DNA of 50,647 nucleotides from Lachnospiraceae bacterium (GTDB lineage Bacteria; Bacillota; Clostridia; Lachnospirales; Lachnospiraceae): NCBI GenBank assembly GCA_021153185.1, contig JAGKTY010000016.1, positions 1 to 50,647 of the forward strand, read 5' to 3'. Shown piece by piece: positions 10,158 to 19,620 of this stretch (position 1 is its first letter; each line of letters starts with the position of its first letter). The notes under the pieces were generated by a model. It saw only the letters and a program-made list of their open reading frames with translations, ran no database searches and was not told where the DNA came from. The position numbers and the translations under genes were made by a program.

Positions 10158-10508
10158 TTAAACTGTCTCTTCGCATACGCCATACCTCGCTTCCCTCTCT
10201 GCCACAAACTGAGCATGAAGTTTTAATTTCTCCACTTCAAATTTTTTCTTTAGAGAAGCCATCTCTCTTTCCATAAAGGCAGCTTCAGCCTCTGCCATTG
10301 CAGCTCGCTCAGCATCCGGAGTAATAACTAGCTTTCCATTCTCACAACTGACGCAAACATAATCTCCAATATCAAAACCAAGTTCCTTTAGCCACTGACC
10401 TTTTAATGTGATTGTAGGCGTTGCCTTATAGTTATAACCGCTCTGGCTTACCACCTTTATACTTCTTTTCTTTGTCATAATCAAAATCTCCTTTTCATAA
10501 TTTGTCAT
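10158..10508 (-). CDS. SymE-family (type I toxin-antitoxin) toxin-like protein, SpoVT/AbrB-like fold
   Basis: 116 aa. ITLKGQWLKELGFDIGDYVCVSCENGKLVI matches the SymE/AbrB swapped-hairpin consensus. Alternative start MTKKRS at 10475. Confidence 0.55.
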   Translation of the reverse strand: MTNYEKEILIMTKKRSIKVVSQSGYNYKATPTITLKGQWLKELGFDIGDYVCVSCENGKLVITPDAERAAMAEAEAAFMEREMASLKKKFEVEKLKLHAQFVAEREARYGVCEETV

Positions 10509-10637
10509 TGATTGCCTGTAACTCTGTCATTAATTCATCCGGCTCAATGGCATCACCTCCCTTTAGCGAAAAATAAAAATAGCTGCCAATGCTTTACGCA
10601 TCAACAGCTATCGCTTAAGTTCGGTATATTTATGAAG

Positions 10638-12134
10638 TTATTTCTTTTCAGCCTGCTCTTTTTCGATTATGTTGTAATATTCATCCATATCAAGAGAAAG
10701 CTTTATGTGAGAGTCTGCTTTTCGGTTGCTCAAGAGGCATACCGTCTCTGTATGATACGTCCCCGGGAAAAGGTCGACGGCGACCGCTTTCTCCATGCGG
10801 TATCCATTGTCCATAAACACATGCAGATCCCTTGCAAGTGATGTCGCCTTGCAGGAAATATATACGATACGCTCCACGCCATAGTTAATGATCTTCGGAA
10901 GTGCCTTTGGATGAATGCCGTCACGCGGCGGGTCAAGAATGATGAAATCAGGTTTTTCCGCAATCTCATCAATGACCTTCAGCACGTCCCCCGCGATGAA
11001 TTCACAGTTATCAAGACCATTGCGCTCGGCGTTCCGTTTTGCTGCTTCCACGGCCTCCTCTACGATTTCCACACCGATGACCTTTTTTGCGACCGGCGCC
11101 ATCAGCTGTGCAATGGTACCCGTTCCGCTGTACAAATCAAACACGACCTGCTCTTTGTTTCCGATGCTTCCCACATACGATCTCGCCGTCTCATAGAGCA
11201 CCTCTGCACCAAGTGAGTTTGTCTGGAAAAAAGAAAATTCGGAAATTTCGAATTTCAAACCAAGCAGTTCTTCCGTAAAGGAAGGCTGCCCCCACAGCAA
11301 ATGCGTCGTGTCATTCTTTACCACATCCGCAATTGCATCGTTATAGGTATGCAAAATGCCTTTGAGTCTCCCCGACAAATGCTCTGATTCCACCCCACCA
11401 TCTTCGCGGCTATCTAGTTTACATAATCTATCAACAAGCACACTGAAATCACACTGCTGCTGTGTGGTGGTGACGATTGCAACGAGGATTTCTCCCGTCT
11501 TTTTGGCTTTTCGAACGAGCAGATGCCTTAGGTATCCTTCCTGTCTCATGCGATGATAAAACGGTAATCCCTTATCCCGGCAAAACGTTAACACGGTCTG
11601 CAAAATGAGTCTGAAGTCTTCATCAACAATCTGACAATCTTTGACATGCACAATATCATAAAAGCTGCCGCGCTTATGCATTCCGAGACTGAGCGGTCCG
11701 TACATATATTCATCTCCAAATGAAAACTCCATCTTATTGCGGTAGCCAAACTGCTCAGGGCTTCTCTTAATCCCCTCAAACACATAATCCGGCTCTTCGC
11801 CCCGCTCGTGATACACACCATCTAAAAGCTCCTTGATCTGATCCCGCTTCATACAAAGCTGGTCCTCATAAGGCATCGTCTGGTACGTACAGCCGCCACA
11901 CTGACCAAAATGGGGACACGGACTTGTTATCTCATAGTCTGCCTTTTTGAGGACATCGATGACGCGGCCCTCTGCTTTGCCTTTGCGTTTTTTCTGTACC
12001 TGTACACTGACTGTCTGCCCCGGCAATGCGTTTTTGACAAAAACAGGCGTCTCTTCCCCCTCAATCCGTACAATTCCTTTATTTCCATAGGCCACCTTTT
12101 CGACATAGCCTTCGTAAACCTCACCTTTTTTCAC
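10638..12134 (-). CDS. rlmD: 23S rRNA (uracil-C5)-methyltransferase RlmD/RumA family (TRAM domain plus [4Fe-4S] plus SAM MTase)
   Basis: 498 aa. N-terminal TRAM (GEVYEGYVEKVAYGNKGIVRIEG), Cys cluster CPHFGQCGGCTYQ, MTase motifs DLYSGTGTIA and ILDPPRDG. Confidence 0.85.
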   Translation of the reverse strand: MKKGEVYEGYVEKVAYGNKGIVRIEGEETPVFVKNALPGQTVSVQVQKKRKGKAEGRVIDVLKKADYEITSPCPHFGQCGGCTYQTMPYEDQLCMKRDQIKELLDGVYHERGEEPDYVFEGIKRSPEQFGYRNKMEFSFGDEYMYGPLSLGMHKRGSFYDIVHVKDCQIVDEDFRLILQTVLTFCRDKGLPFYHRMRQEGYLRHLLVRKAKKTGEILVAIVTTTQQQCDFSVLVDRLCKLDSREDGGVESEHLSGRLKGILHTYNDAIADVVKNDTTHLLWGQPSFTEELLGLKFEISEFSFFQTNSLGAEVLYETARSYVGSIGNKEQVVFDLYSGTGTIAQLMAPVAKKVIGVEIVEEAVEAAKRNAERNGLDNCEFIAGDVLKVIDEIAEKPDFIILDPPRDGIHPKALPKIINYGVERIVYISCKATSLARDLHVFMDNGYRMEKAVAVDLFPGTYHTETVCLLSNRKADSHIKLSLDMDEYYNIIEKEQAEKK

Positions 12135-12216
12135 CTGATAATCTCCTTGTATTCAACAATTATTTTTTGTAACGTTCAGCACCTCATGAACCCTTCGATG
12201 CTTCCTTTTGTTCACA

Positions 12217-12250
12217 CCCATAAAAAAAGGCTTATAGAAACCTATAAGCC
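12217..12250 (-). terminator. Rho-independent terminator downstream of the small acidic membrane protein gene
   Basis: Minus-strand hairpin aagggcttataggtttctataagccc followed by a T-run. Confidence 0.55.
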
Positions 12251-12263
12251 CTTTCAAACATTC

Positions 12264-12563
12264 TTATTTATCCTCTGACGAGTCAGCCGGCTTAATCGGA
12301 ATGATATCGTCATCATCCTCTTCATCCTCAAAGAAGTCATCATCGAAATCATCATCAAAGTCGTCTTCAAAATCCTCTAAATAATCCGGCGTGAAATATA
12401 AGTAAACTGCATACGCGATCGTTGCAATAACTGCAACCGCACCAACAATTGCAAGCACCCAGATAACTGTGTTTGATTTCTTCTCCTCTTCCTGCTGTTT
12501 GCGGAAAATCTCGCCCGCTTTGATCATCTCTAATAATTCTTCTGCTTTGATTTTATTATTCAT
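12264..12563 (-). CDS. Small membrane protein with one TM helix and a poly-acidic C-terminal tail
   Basis: 99 aa. TM segment VIWVLAIVGAVAVIATIAYAVYLYF, then tail DDFDDDFDDDFFEDEEDDDD. Confidence 0.45.
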   Translation of the reverse strand: MNNKIKAEELLEMIKAGEIFRKQQEEEKKSNTVIWVLAIVGAVAVIATIAYAVYLYFTPDYLEDFEDDFDDDFDDDFFEDEEDDDDIIPIKPADSSEDK

Positions 12564-12660
12564 GGAAAAACCTCGCTTTCTTATATCTCAAATATTATAT
12601 ATAGTCTACCACCTTTTGCGGTATTTTACCACACATTTTTTGCAATTAAACGAACGAAAA

Positions 12661-15045
12661 TTAAATCTTCTCGAGCTTTGCAAACAGGGCGTACATAATC
12701 TTCTGTCCATATTGCGCATCATCAAACAACACCGTCACTTTGTGGTCGCGGTTTCCTTCTTCGATGGAAAGCACCTGACCTTCTCCGAATTTGACATGTC
12801 TGACACGGTCGCCTACACCATACGGGAGCGCACCGCCACCTTGCGGCATCCCCTTTGATACGCCCGGAAGCTCTGTCATCTTACTGATAAACGGCTTCAC
12901 CTGCGGCTGTGTCACTTTTGGCTTAACGGATGCCTTCGGTCTTGGACCCGCAGTCGTGTTTGTATTATGTAAACCAAAATTCTTTGCTGTTGAATTTGAT
13001 ACCACATCAGGCTGTGGCTGTGGTGCCATTGTCTGATAAAACGGTTTTTGCTTAAACATATGAAGCGGTTTTGCATCCGGCTCATAAGTTGCATAGCCCG
13101 GATTTTTGTAAGTCGGAACAACCCCATCAATCAGATTCGTTGGGATTTCCTTTAAAAAGCGGCTGACCGGGTTATACTGCGTCTCGCCGCGAACCATTCT
13201 CGACTTGGCACAAAGCAGTGTCAAATCCTGTTTTGCTCTCGTGATACCGACATAACAAAGGCGCCTTTCTTCCTCAAGCTCTGTCTTATCATCACTCGTA
13301 ATCGTCATAAAGCCCGGAAAGACACCATCCTCCATGCCCGCAAGATACACATGTTCAAACTCAAGACCCTTGGCACTGTGCAGTGTCATTAACAGCACAC
13401 GGTCATCATTTTCATCTGCCGAATCAATATCCGCAACAAGCGCAATCTCTTCCAGCAAGGTGCTCAGTGTCGGTTCTTCATTTTCCTGTTCAAACGAAAC
13501 CATTTTGGAGATGAGCTCGTCGATGTTCTCAATACGCATCTGGCCATCCTCTTCATCCTCCGCTTCAATCATCTCGACATATCCCGTTGTCTCAATGACA
13601 TCTTTGATTAAGCCTTCCAATCCATAAATCGGAAGTTTAGAACGGAACACCTGAATCATCGTCACAAACGGTTTGATTTTACTTGCGGCTTTTCCAATCG
13701 ATGCAATGTCCTCACATTCGCAAAGAGCGTCATAAAAACTGATTCCTTCATCGTCCGCATACTGCTGAATCTTTGCGATTGTCGTCGCACCGATTCCACG
13801 TCTCGGCACATTGATAATACGTTTCACCGCCACATCGTCGCGTCCATTGTCAATCGTCTTGAGGTATGCAAGAAGGTCCTTGATTTCCTTACGGCTATAG
13901 AAATTCACGCCGCCGACCACATTGTACGGAATGCCCTCTCTGATAAACTGCTCCTCAATGAGACGTGCCTGCGCATTCGTGCGATATAAAACAGCAGCGT
14001 CGCCAAAGCGCATCCCCAGCTTGCGGTGTTTTCTTCCGATGTCATATGCGATAAAATCCGCCTCCTCAAACGCTGTATCAAGCTGTTTGAAGTGGATTTT
14101 TTCTCCCGCATCCTGCTCGGTCCAAAGGGCCTTTTCTTTTCTGGCGGTATTGTTTCCAATGACGGCATTGGCCGCATCCAGAATATTGCCGGTGGAACGG
14201 TAATTCTGCTCAAGCTTCACCACGGTGGCATCCGGATAATGCAATTCAAAATCAAGTATGTTGCGGATGTTTGCACCACGGAATTTATAAATGGACTGGT
14301 CATCATCGCCCACGACACAAAGGTTACGTTTGCCGCCGGCAAGGAGTCTGATCAGTTCAAACTGCGCGGTGTTCGTATCCTGATACTCATCGACCATGAT
14401 ATACTCAAATCTGTTTTGATAATTTGCAAGCACTTCTCCATCCGTCCGAAGCAATTCTACCGTATTGCAAATCAGATCATCAAAATCCATGGCATTGTTT
14501 GAACGCATCGTCCGCTGATACTCTGCGTAAACCATTGCAATTTTGGATTTTTGGAAATCGCCCATTGCCTCCATCTGATACGTCAGCGGATCAATCAGTG
14601 CATCCTTTGCCGCGCTGATCGCGCCCATAATGGTCCGCTCTTTGAGCATCTTTGTATCAATCTGCAGCTTCTTGCACACTTCCTTGATGACAGTCTTCTG
14701 GTCATCCGAATCATAAATCGTAAAGTTGGTATCATATCCGATACGGTCGGCATATCTGCGCAAAATCCGTACGCACGTCGCATGAAAGGTCGCAACCCAG
14801 ATGCTCTCAGAGCCAAACCCTACCAAACCATCGACACGCTCACGCATCTCTCCCGCTGCCTTATTCGTAAACGTAATCGCAAGAATATTCCACGGATTGA
14901 CCCCGCAGTTTTCAATCAGGTATGCAATCCTGTGCGTGATCGCTCTTGTTTTGCCGCTTCCCGCACCGGCCAATATGAGAAGCGGTCCTTTTGTCTGAAA
15001 CACCGCCTCTTTTTGCATGTCATTTAACACATCATAATTTGCCAT
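12661..15045 (-). CDS. pcrA: ATP-dependent DNA helicase PcrA (UvrD/Rep superfamily 1)
   Basis: 794 aa. MANYDVLNDMQKEAVFQTKGPLLILAGAGSGKTRAITHRIAYLI (motifs Q and I), DEYQDTN (motif II), full SF1 motif set, C-terminal Tudor-like tail. Confidence 0.92.
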   Translation of the reverse strand: MANYDVLNDMQKEAVFQTKGPLLILAGAGSGKTRAITHRIAYLIENCGVNPWNILAITFTNKAAGEMRERVDGLVGFGSESIWVATFHATCVRILRRYADRIGYDTNFTIYDSDDQKTVIKEVCKKLQIDTKMLKERTIMGAISAAKDALIDPLTYQMEAMGDFQKSKIAMVYAEYQRTMRSNNAMDFDDLICNTVELLRTDGEVLANYQNRFEYIMVDEYQDTNTAQFELIRLLAGGKRNLCVVGDDDQSIYKFRGANIRNILDFELHYPDATVVKLEQNYRSTGNILDAANAVIGNNTARKEKALWTEQDAGEKIHFKQLDTAFEEADFIAYDIGRKHRKLGMRFGDAAVLYRTNAQARLIEEQFIREGIPYNVVGGVNFYSRKEIKDLLAYLKTIDNGRDDVAVKRIINVPRRGIGATTIAKIQQYADDEGISFYDALCECEDIASIGKAASKIKPFVTMIQVFRSKLPIYGLEGLIKDVIETTGYVEMIEAEDEEDGQMRIENIDELISKMVSFEQENEEPTLSTLLEEIALVADIDSADENDDRVLLMTLHSAKGLEFEHVYLAGMEDGVFPGFMTITSDDKTELEEERRLCYVGITRAKQDLTLLCAKSRMVRGETQYNPVSRFLKEIPTNLIDGVVPTYKNPGYATYEPDAKPLHMFKQKPFYQTMAPQPQPDVVSNSTAKNFGLHNTNTTAGPRPKASVKPKVTQPQVKPFISKMTELPGVSKGMPQGGGALPYGVGDRVRHVKFGEGQVLSIEEGNRDHKVTVLFDDAQYGQKIMYALFAKLEKI

Positions 15046-15069
15046 AAAAGCTCCTATATACGTCTCAAA

Positions 15070-15100
15070 AAAAGAGCTGCCGTTTTGGCAGCTCTCTATG
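15070..15100 (-). terminator. Rho-independent terminator after the SPFH gene
   Basis: Minus-strand hairpin agagctgccaaaacggcagctct followed by TTTTTTT. Confidence 0.6.
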
Positions 15101-15117
15101 ATTCTTTGATCATTTGC

Positions 15118-16095
15118 TTACACTAACTTTGTTCCGCAATTGCCACAGAATTTCGCCCCATTTGTTGGGGTGCCGCATTCCGGACAGAATTTTGGAGCAG
15201 TGCCATTACCGGCCGGCTGTCCCTGACCGGACTGCTGCATTCCGGAATTCATCATGCCCTGGTTCATCATGTTGTTCACCATCTGCTGACCCATCATCAT
15301 GCCCATCTGCATGCCCATCATATCGCCTGCCATATTGTTGCCGCCTTTTGCCATGCCATCAGCTGCTGCCATCTGTGTGTATTTATTGAGGTCACCAACC
15401 ATCGCCTGACCTGCCGCTTTTTCCTGCATCTTGCGGATTTCTTCCGGATAGTTAAAGCTCTCAATTGTAAAATCTGTAATGCCGATACCGATTTTACGCA
15501 TCTCCATATCAAGCTCTGACTCAACACCTTTTGCGATGTTGCGCGCATCAGCCTGCAGGTTGAACATATCTTTGCCTTCTTTGGCAATCCAGCTCATAAA
15601 AAGCTGATCAAGGCTTGCCGTGATACGCTCTTTGATATCGTCTACCGTATATGTCTGCATCGTTCCCGCAAGTTTATCAATCACGATTGAATGATCTGCC
15701 ACGCGGCAGTTGAATGTACCGAATGCACGGATTGGCATTCCACCCGGAAGTCCCGGTGCCGGAACGTTGATTGCATTTTTGGTGCCCCATTTGCACAGAA
15801 GCTCTTTTGTATTGATGAACACAACCTCTGCACGGATGCCGGAATTGAAACCGAATTTGAAGCCCTTCAGTGTAGAAAGGAACGGAATGATCTCTGTCTC
15901 GATATTGTAGCTTCCTTCATCCGTGAAGATACCTTCCACTTTTCCGTTGTATAAAAAGATTGCATCCTGTCCCGGACGAATGATGAGTCTGGAACCTTTT
16001 TTGATCTCATCATTTGACCATTTCCAGAACAGAACACCCGGTTTTGCTTCATCCCACTCGATGACATTTAATAACTGATTTTGAAATAATCCCAT
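15118..16095 (-). CDS. SPFH (band-7)-like domain protein with C-terminal zinc ribbon
   Basis: 325 aa. C-terminal CPECGTPTNGAKFCGNCG zinc ribbon preceded by a Gly/Met/Gln-rich linker. Second gene of the pspA operon. Confidence 0.7.
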   Translation of the reverse strand: MGLFQNQLLNVIEWDEAKPGVLFWKWSNDEIKKGSRLIIRPGQDAIFLYNGKVEGIFTDEGSYNIETEIIPFLSTLKGFKFGFNSGIRAEVVFINTKELLCKWGTKNAINVPAPGLPGGMPIRAFGTFNCRVADHSIVIDKLAGTMQTYTVDDIKERITASLDQLFMSWIAKEGKDMFNLQADARNIAKGVESELDMEMRKIGIGITDFTIESFNYPEEIRKMQEKAAGQAMVGDLNKYTQMAAADGMAKGGNNMAGDMMGMQMGMMMGQQMVNNMMNQGMMNSGMQQSGQGQPAGNGTAPKFCPECGTPTNGAKFCGNCGTKLV

Positions 16096-16117
16096 GCTTT
16101 ACTCCTTACTGTTGCGA

Positions 16118-16804
16118 TTACTGCATCCCCATCTCAGCCTTTAATGCCGCAAGCTCATCATCAAGTGCTGCGTCATTGGACTGCTGCTCATATTTTTTCT
16201 CAAGGGATGAAATATCTGTTGTTTCATTTGAGCGATTGAGTTCTTCCATCGCATCTGCTTCATCCATCATACGGTTCACGCGTTCTTCCATCTTATTGAA
16301 TGCTGCCATATGATTGCCGGCCTGATCAATGCCTGATGAAAGCTTATTCATCTTCTTCTTGGTCTCAGCCACAGAAAGCTTTGCCTTCAGCATTGACTGA
16401 CGGCTCTTGAGCTCTGAGATATCTGCCTCAAGCTTATCATGCATCTCACGCATTTTCATGCTGTTTTCACATGCCATTGTATAGCTCTGGTCAAGCGCTG
16501 TTCTCTCATTGACAAGATTTGCCTTTTTGGCAAGAAACTGTTTTGCCTCTGCATCATTTCCTGCTGCAACGGCACGTCTTGCATACTCATCCATCTTGGC
16601 AATCTCTGCCTCGCAATCGTCAAGCTTGCGCTTTGCCGACTTTTCTTCTGCCATAACAGAAGCTGTCTCAGTCTTAACCTTTGCAAAATCATTCTGCAAA
16701 TCTCTCAAATATTGATCGATCATTTTTTCAGGATCTTCGCATTTGTCGAGAAGTGCGTTAATGTTTGCTTCCATAATTTCTTTAAATCTTGCAATAATGC
16801 CCAT
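16118..16804 (-). CDS. pspA: PspA/IM30 family protein (phage-shock protein A, LiaH-like)
   Basis: 228 aa coiled-coil protein. MGIIARFKEIMEANINALLDKCEDPEKMIDQYLRDLQNDF matches the PspA N-terminus. Candidate promoter TTGCGA-18-TATAAT upstream, around 16830-16860 on the minus strand. Confidence 0.85.
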   Translation of the reverse strand: MGIIARFKEIMEANINALLDKCEDPEKMIDQYLRDLQNDFAKVKTETASVMAEEKSAKRKLDDCEAEIAKMDEYARRAVAAGNDAEAKQFLAKKANLVNERTALDQSYTMACENSMKMREMHDKLEADISELKSRQSMLKAKLSVAETKKKMNKLSSGIDQAGNHMAAFNKMEERVNRMMDEADAMEELNRSNETTDISSLEKKYEQQSNDAALDDELAALKAEMGMQ

Positions 16805-16919
16805 AAGTTTTCCTCCTTTACCACAAGCGGTCTATTCATTATATCATACGGCGATATGGTATCGCAAGAATTCGCACTTAGTTTTCGGTAAAAATTGACA
16901 CTGTGCACTGCGCAAAATA

Positions 16920-17528
16920 CTACTCTGCTTTATCGTCTATACTGTCGATGAGCTTTTCGATGAGAAGTTTCTTTACATACACATCAAAGCTGAGCATGCA
17001 GATGAAGGAAAACGTCTGTAAAAACTCGCGCTCCTCATCGCCCTCCTTTGTAAACGTCTTCTCCGCACGGTTAAACGCATGGGTTACATCGCGTTTTAAC
17101 TGCTCGACCTGCTCATTCTCCAGCGTGAACACCTCGTCATACAAATCTGACAAATTCATGCCGTCTTCATTTCCGAAGTATTTCTCCGTCAGCGGATGAA
17201 ACAGCTTCTGAATATCCCCAATTGACAAGATTCCTTTGAAATAGTAAATGAAAATCAGCATAATCATATGCTCTTTGGAATACTTCTTCTTTTCCGGGGG
17301 CGGAAGAAGCTTATTCTTGGCATAGTTGTTAATCATTGTCTTTGTCAAAATCTTATCATCATTTGGAAGACGCGTCGCATGGCGCATTTTTTCATCCATA
17401 AACGTCGTCACCTGATCCATATAAAGATCAATATTCGGAATATCCTCACTCTTTACATAATCAATCCGATCAAAGCTCTCCAAAATACTTTTTAATAATT
17501 CTTTTTTTGAAATTGTCATCTTAAACAC
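16920..17528 (-). CDS. DUF1836-family protein
   Basis: 202 aa. IDLYMDQVTTFMDEK motif remembered from DUF1836 proteins. Confidence 0.55.
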   Translation of the reverse strand: MFKMTISKKELLKSILESFDRIDYVKSEDIPNIDLYMDQVTTFMDEKMRHATRLPNDDKILTKTMINNYAKNKLLPPPEKKKYSKEHMIMLIFIYYFKGILSIGDIQKLFHPLTEKYFGNEDGMNLSDLYDEVFTLENEQVEQLKRDVTHAFNRAEKTFTKEGDEEREFLQTFSFICMLSFDVYVKKLLIEKLIDSIDDKAE

Positions 17529-17716
17529 CTCAAGCCATATTATACGGTATTTAAAACTACATTACAAGATGATTCTAATAAATCACAGCCTTTCCGAAAT
17601 GTTTTTTCGGAAATCACAAGGCGGCATTGACCTTTTCCATAAGCTGTGATAGACTTGAAATTGCGATGCGTTACAATTTTACAGTACTAAAGCATTGCAA
17701 GGGGAGGTTTGTGAGC

Positions 17717-18004
17717 ATGGTAAAGAAAATTAAATCGGAACCGGTTGACCATTTGTTTGATGCCATTTTGACACTACAAAATAAAGAAGAATGTTATGCA
17801 TTTTTTGAAGATTTGTGTACCGTCAATGAGCTCATTAGTTTATCGCAGCGTTATGAAGTCGCTGCAATGTTAAAAGAGCATAAAACGTATTTGGAAATTG
17901 CTGAAAAAACAGGCGCGTCAACTGCTACCATCAGCCGCGTCAATCGTTCACTCAACTATGGAAACGATGGCTACGAGCTTGTCTTTGGCAGACTTGAGAA
18001 ATAA
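17717..18004 (+). CDS. YerC/YecD-family TrpR-like DNA-binding protein
   Basis: ATG 17717 after a GGGGAGG RBS. 95 aa, MVKKIKSEPVDHLFDAILTLQNKEECYAFFEDLCTVNELISLSQRYEVAAMLKEHKTYLEIAEKTGASTATISRVNRSL. Confidence 0.7.
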   Translation: MVKKIKSEPVDHLFDAILTLQNKEECYAFFEDLCTVNELISLSQRYEVAAMLKEHKTYLEIAEKTGASTATISRVNRSLNYGNDGYELVFGRLEK

Positions 18005-18027
18005 TTTTATCACAGTATTACATCAAA

Positions 18028-18058
18028 TGAGGGGCGGAAAAACCGCCCCTCATTTTTC
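18028..18058. terminator. Rho-independent terminator, possibly bidirectional
   Basis: tgaggggcgg-aaaaa-ccgcccctca followed by TTTTT, between convergent genes. Confidence 0.75.
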
Positions 18059-19122
18059 TATACATTCAGTTTCATATCTCCATCTTTGATCCAGCCTTTT
18101 TTACGCATAACCTCTGATACAAGAAGTGCCAGCGCGCCCGGAATGATGAAATGTAACAATACGATTTCCACAAAAGCGACTGCGCCGCCAACATCCGGAG
18201 CCATCGTCTGGTAGGTTGTAATCTGTCCGACAAGTCCTGCCGTTCCCATACCGGATCCGGTTGCATTGTTTGTCATATGGAACACCATCGTTGAAATTGG
18301 TCCCATGATGGCACTTGAAATAATCGCCGGAAGCCAGATAATCGGTTTTTTCACAATATTTCCAATCTGCAGCATACTTGTTCCAAGACCCTGTGCCAAA
18401 AGTCCGTTGACCTTATTGTCCCGATAGCTTGCAACTGCAAATCCAACCATGTTTGCACAACATCCTACGGTTGCCGCACCGGCTGCAAGTCCCGACAAAT
18501 TCAAAATAATGCCAAGCGCTGCTGAACTGATTGGCAATGTCAGAATCATACCCATCAGAACAGATACAATGATTCCCATCAGGAATGGTGCCTGCTCGGT
18601 TCCGATGTTAATGAGGCTGCCAAGAAATGCCATGAACGCTGAAATTGGCGGGCCTAAGATAAAGCCGACTGCACTTCCTGATGTAATACACAGAAGTGGT
18701 GTAATCAGAATATCCACTTTTGTCTTTCCGGAAACAAGTCTGCCCACATAAACGCTGAGCAATGCCGCGATGAACGCACCAAGTGGTTCACCCGGTCCGG
18801 CATAATTGATCACACCTTCTACAAGAACCGTACCTGCAATCACCTTACTTGCAAATGCACCTGCCATACCACTGACTGCGGCAGAGGCTGTCGTAAGCGG
18901 ACTCGATTTCAGTCTGAGCGCGACTCCGACGCCGATTCCGGCACCGGTAATGCTGGCTGCCAATTTACCCATCATAAAAATATACGTTCCGATCGCGCCC
19001 GGAATCAAGCTTCCGATTTGTGAAATGATTGTTCCGATAATCAGTGTGGCAAACAGTCCCGTTGCCATACCGCTCAGACCCTCAATGAAAATCTCATTTA
19101 ATACTTTTTTGATTTTTTCCAT
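18058..19122 (-). CDS. Stand-alone PTS EIIC-like polytopic membrane permease
   Basis: ORF 18058..19188. AAGAGGA RBS favours ATG 19122 (MEKIKKVLNEIFIEGLSGMATGLFATLIIG...). About 10 TM segments, Gly/Ala-rich. Family assignment (PTS_EIIC_2-like) is from memory. Confidence 0.55.
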   Translation of the reverse strand: MEKIKKVLNEIFIEGLSGMATGLFATLIIGTIISQIGSLIPGAIGTYIFMMGKLAASITGAGIGVGVALRLKSSPLTTASAAVSGMAGAFASKVIAGTVLVEGVINYAGPGEPLGAFIAALLSVYVGRLVSGKTKVDILITPLLCITSGSAVGFILGPPISAFMAFLGSLINIGTEQAPFLMGIIVSVLMGMILTLPISSAALGIILNLSGLAAGAATVGCCANMVGFAVASYRDNKVNGLLAQGLGTSMLQIGNIVKKPIIWLPAIISSAIMGPISTMVFHMTNNATGSGMGTAGLVGQITTYQTMAPDVGGAVAFVEIVLLHFIIPGALALLVSEVMRKKGWIKDGDMKLNV

Positions 19123-19312
19123 GTTATTTCCTCTTTTCCGTTTTGTTGAAAACACACCTGTCTTGTCACGTGTTAAACAGTAACACAAATTGCCATTTAT
19201 TGCAACTCTTAACTTTACATTTACGAAATTTCATGATATTCTACAACTGTGATTTGCGAAAGCATTTCCCGGTTGTCACAATGCAACTGAATTTTTTTTG
19301 GAGGTATCTAAG

Positions 19313-19513
19313 ATGAATAAAGGTACAGTAAAATGGTTTAACGGCCAAAAAGGATACGGATTTATCTCTGACGAAGAGGGTAAAGATGTATTTGTTCACT
19401 TCTCAGGACTCAACATGGAAGGCTACAAAACATTAGAAGAAGGCGCCAGCGTAGAGTTCGAAGTAGTAAACGGTGAAAAAGGACCACAGGCAGTCAACGT
19501 AACAAAGTTATAA
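19313..19513 (+). CDS. Cold-shock protein (CspA family)
   Basis: GGAGG RBS, then [31 protein letters not shown] with RNP1/RNP2 motifs. 66 aa. Confidence 0.92.
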   Translation: MNKGTVKWFNGQKGYGFISDEEGKDVFVHFSGLNMEGYKTLEEGASVEFEVVNGEKGPQAVNVTKL

Positions 19514-19620
19514 TACTTGCCGGATCCAGACTAATCAGTTTTCGATGTGCCTTTTATAATAATAAATTGTTGTTTTTATTTATTCGTTTTATGAAGTGCA
19601 GTATTGTTTAGACAGATTAC

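Noticed and set aside
12791-14998. Several 60-160-aa ORFs on both strands within pcrA
   Set aside because: All are embedded in or antisense to the PcrA reading frame, which carries the full SF1 motif set.
17560-17716. Inverted repeat ttccgaaatgttttttcggaa and TTGACC-17-TAGACT upstream of the YerC/YecD gene
   Set aside because: The stem is only 5-7 bp and the -10 is weak. Probably just the promoter/terminator junction between divergent genes, not a distinct regulatory RNA.
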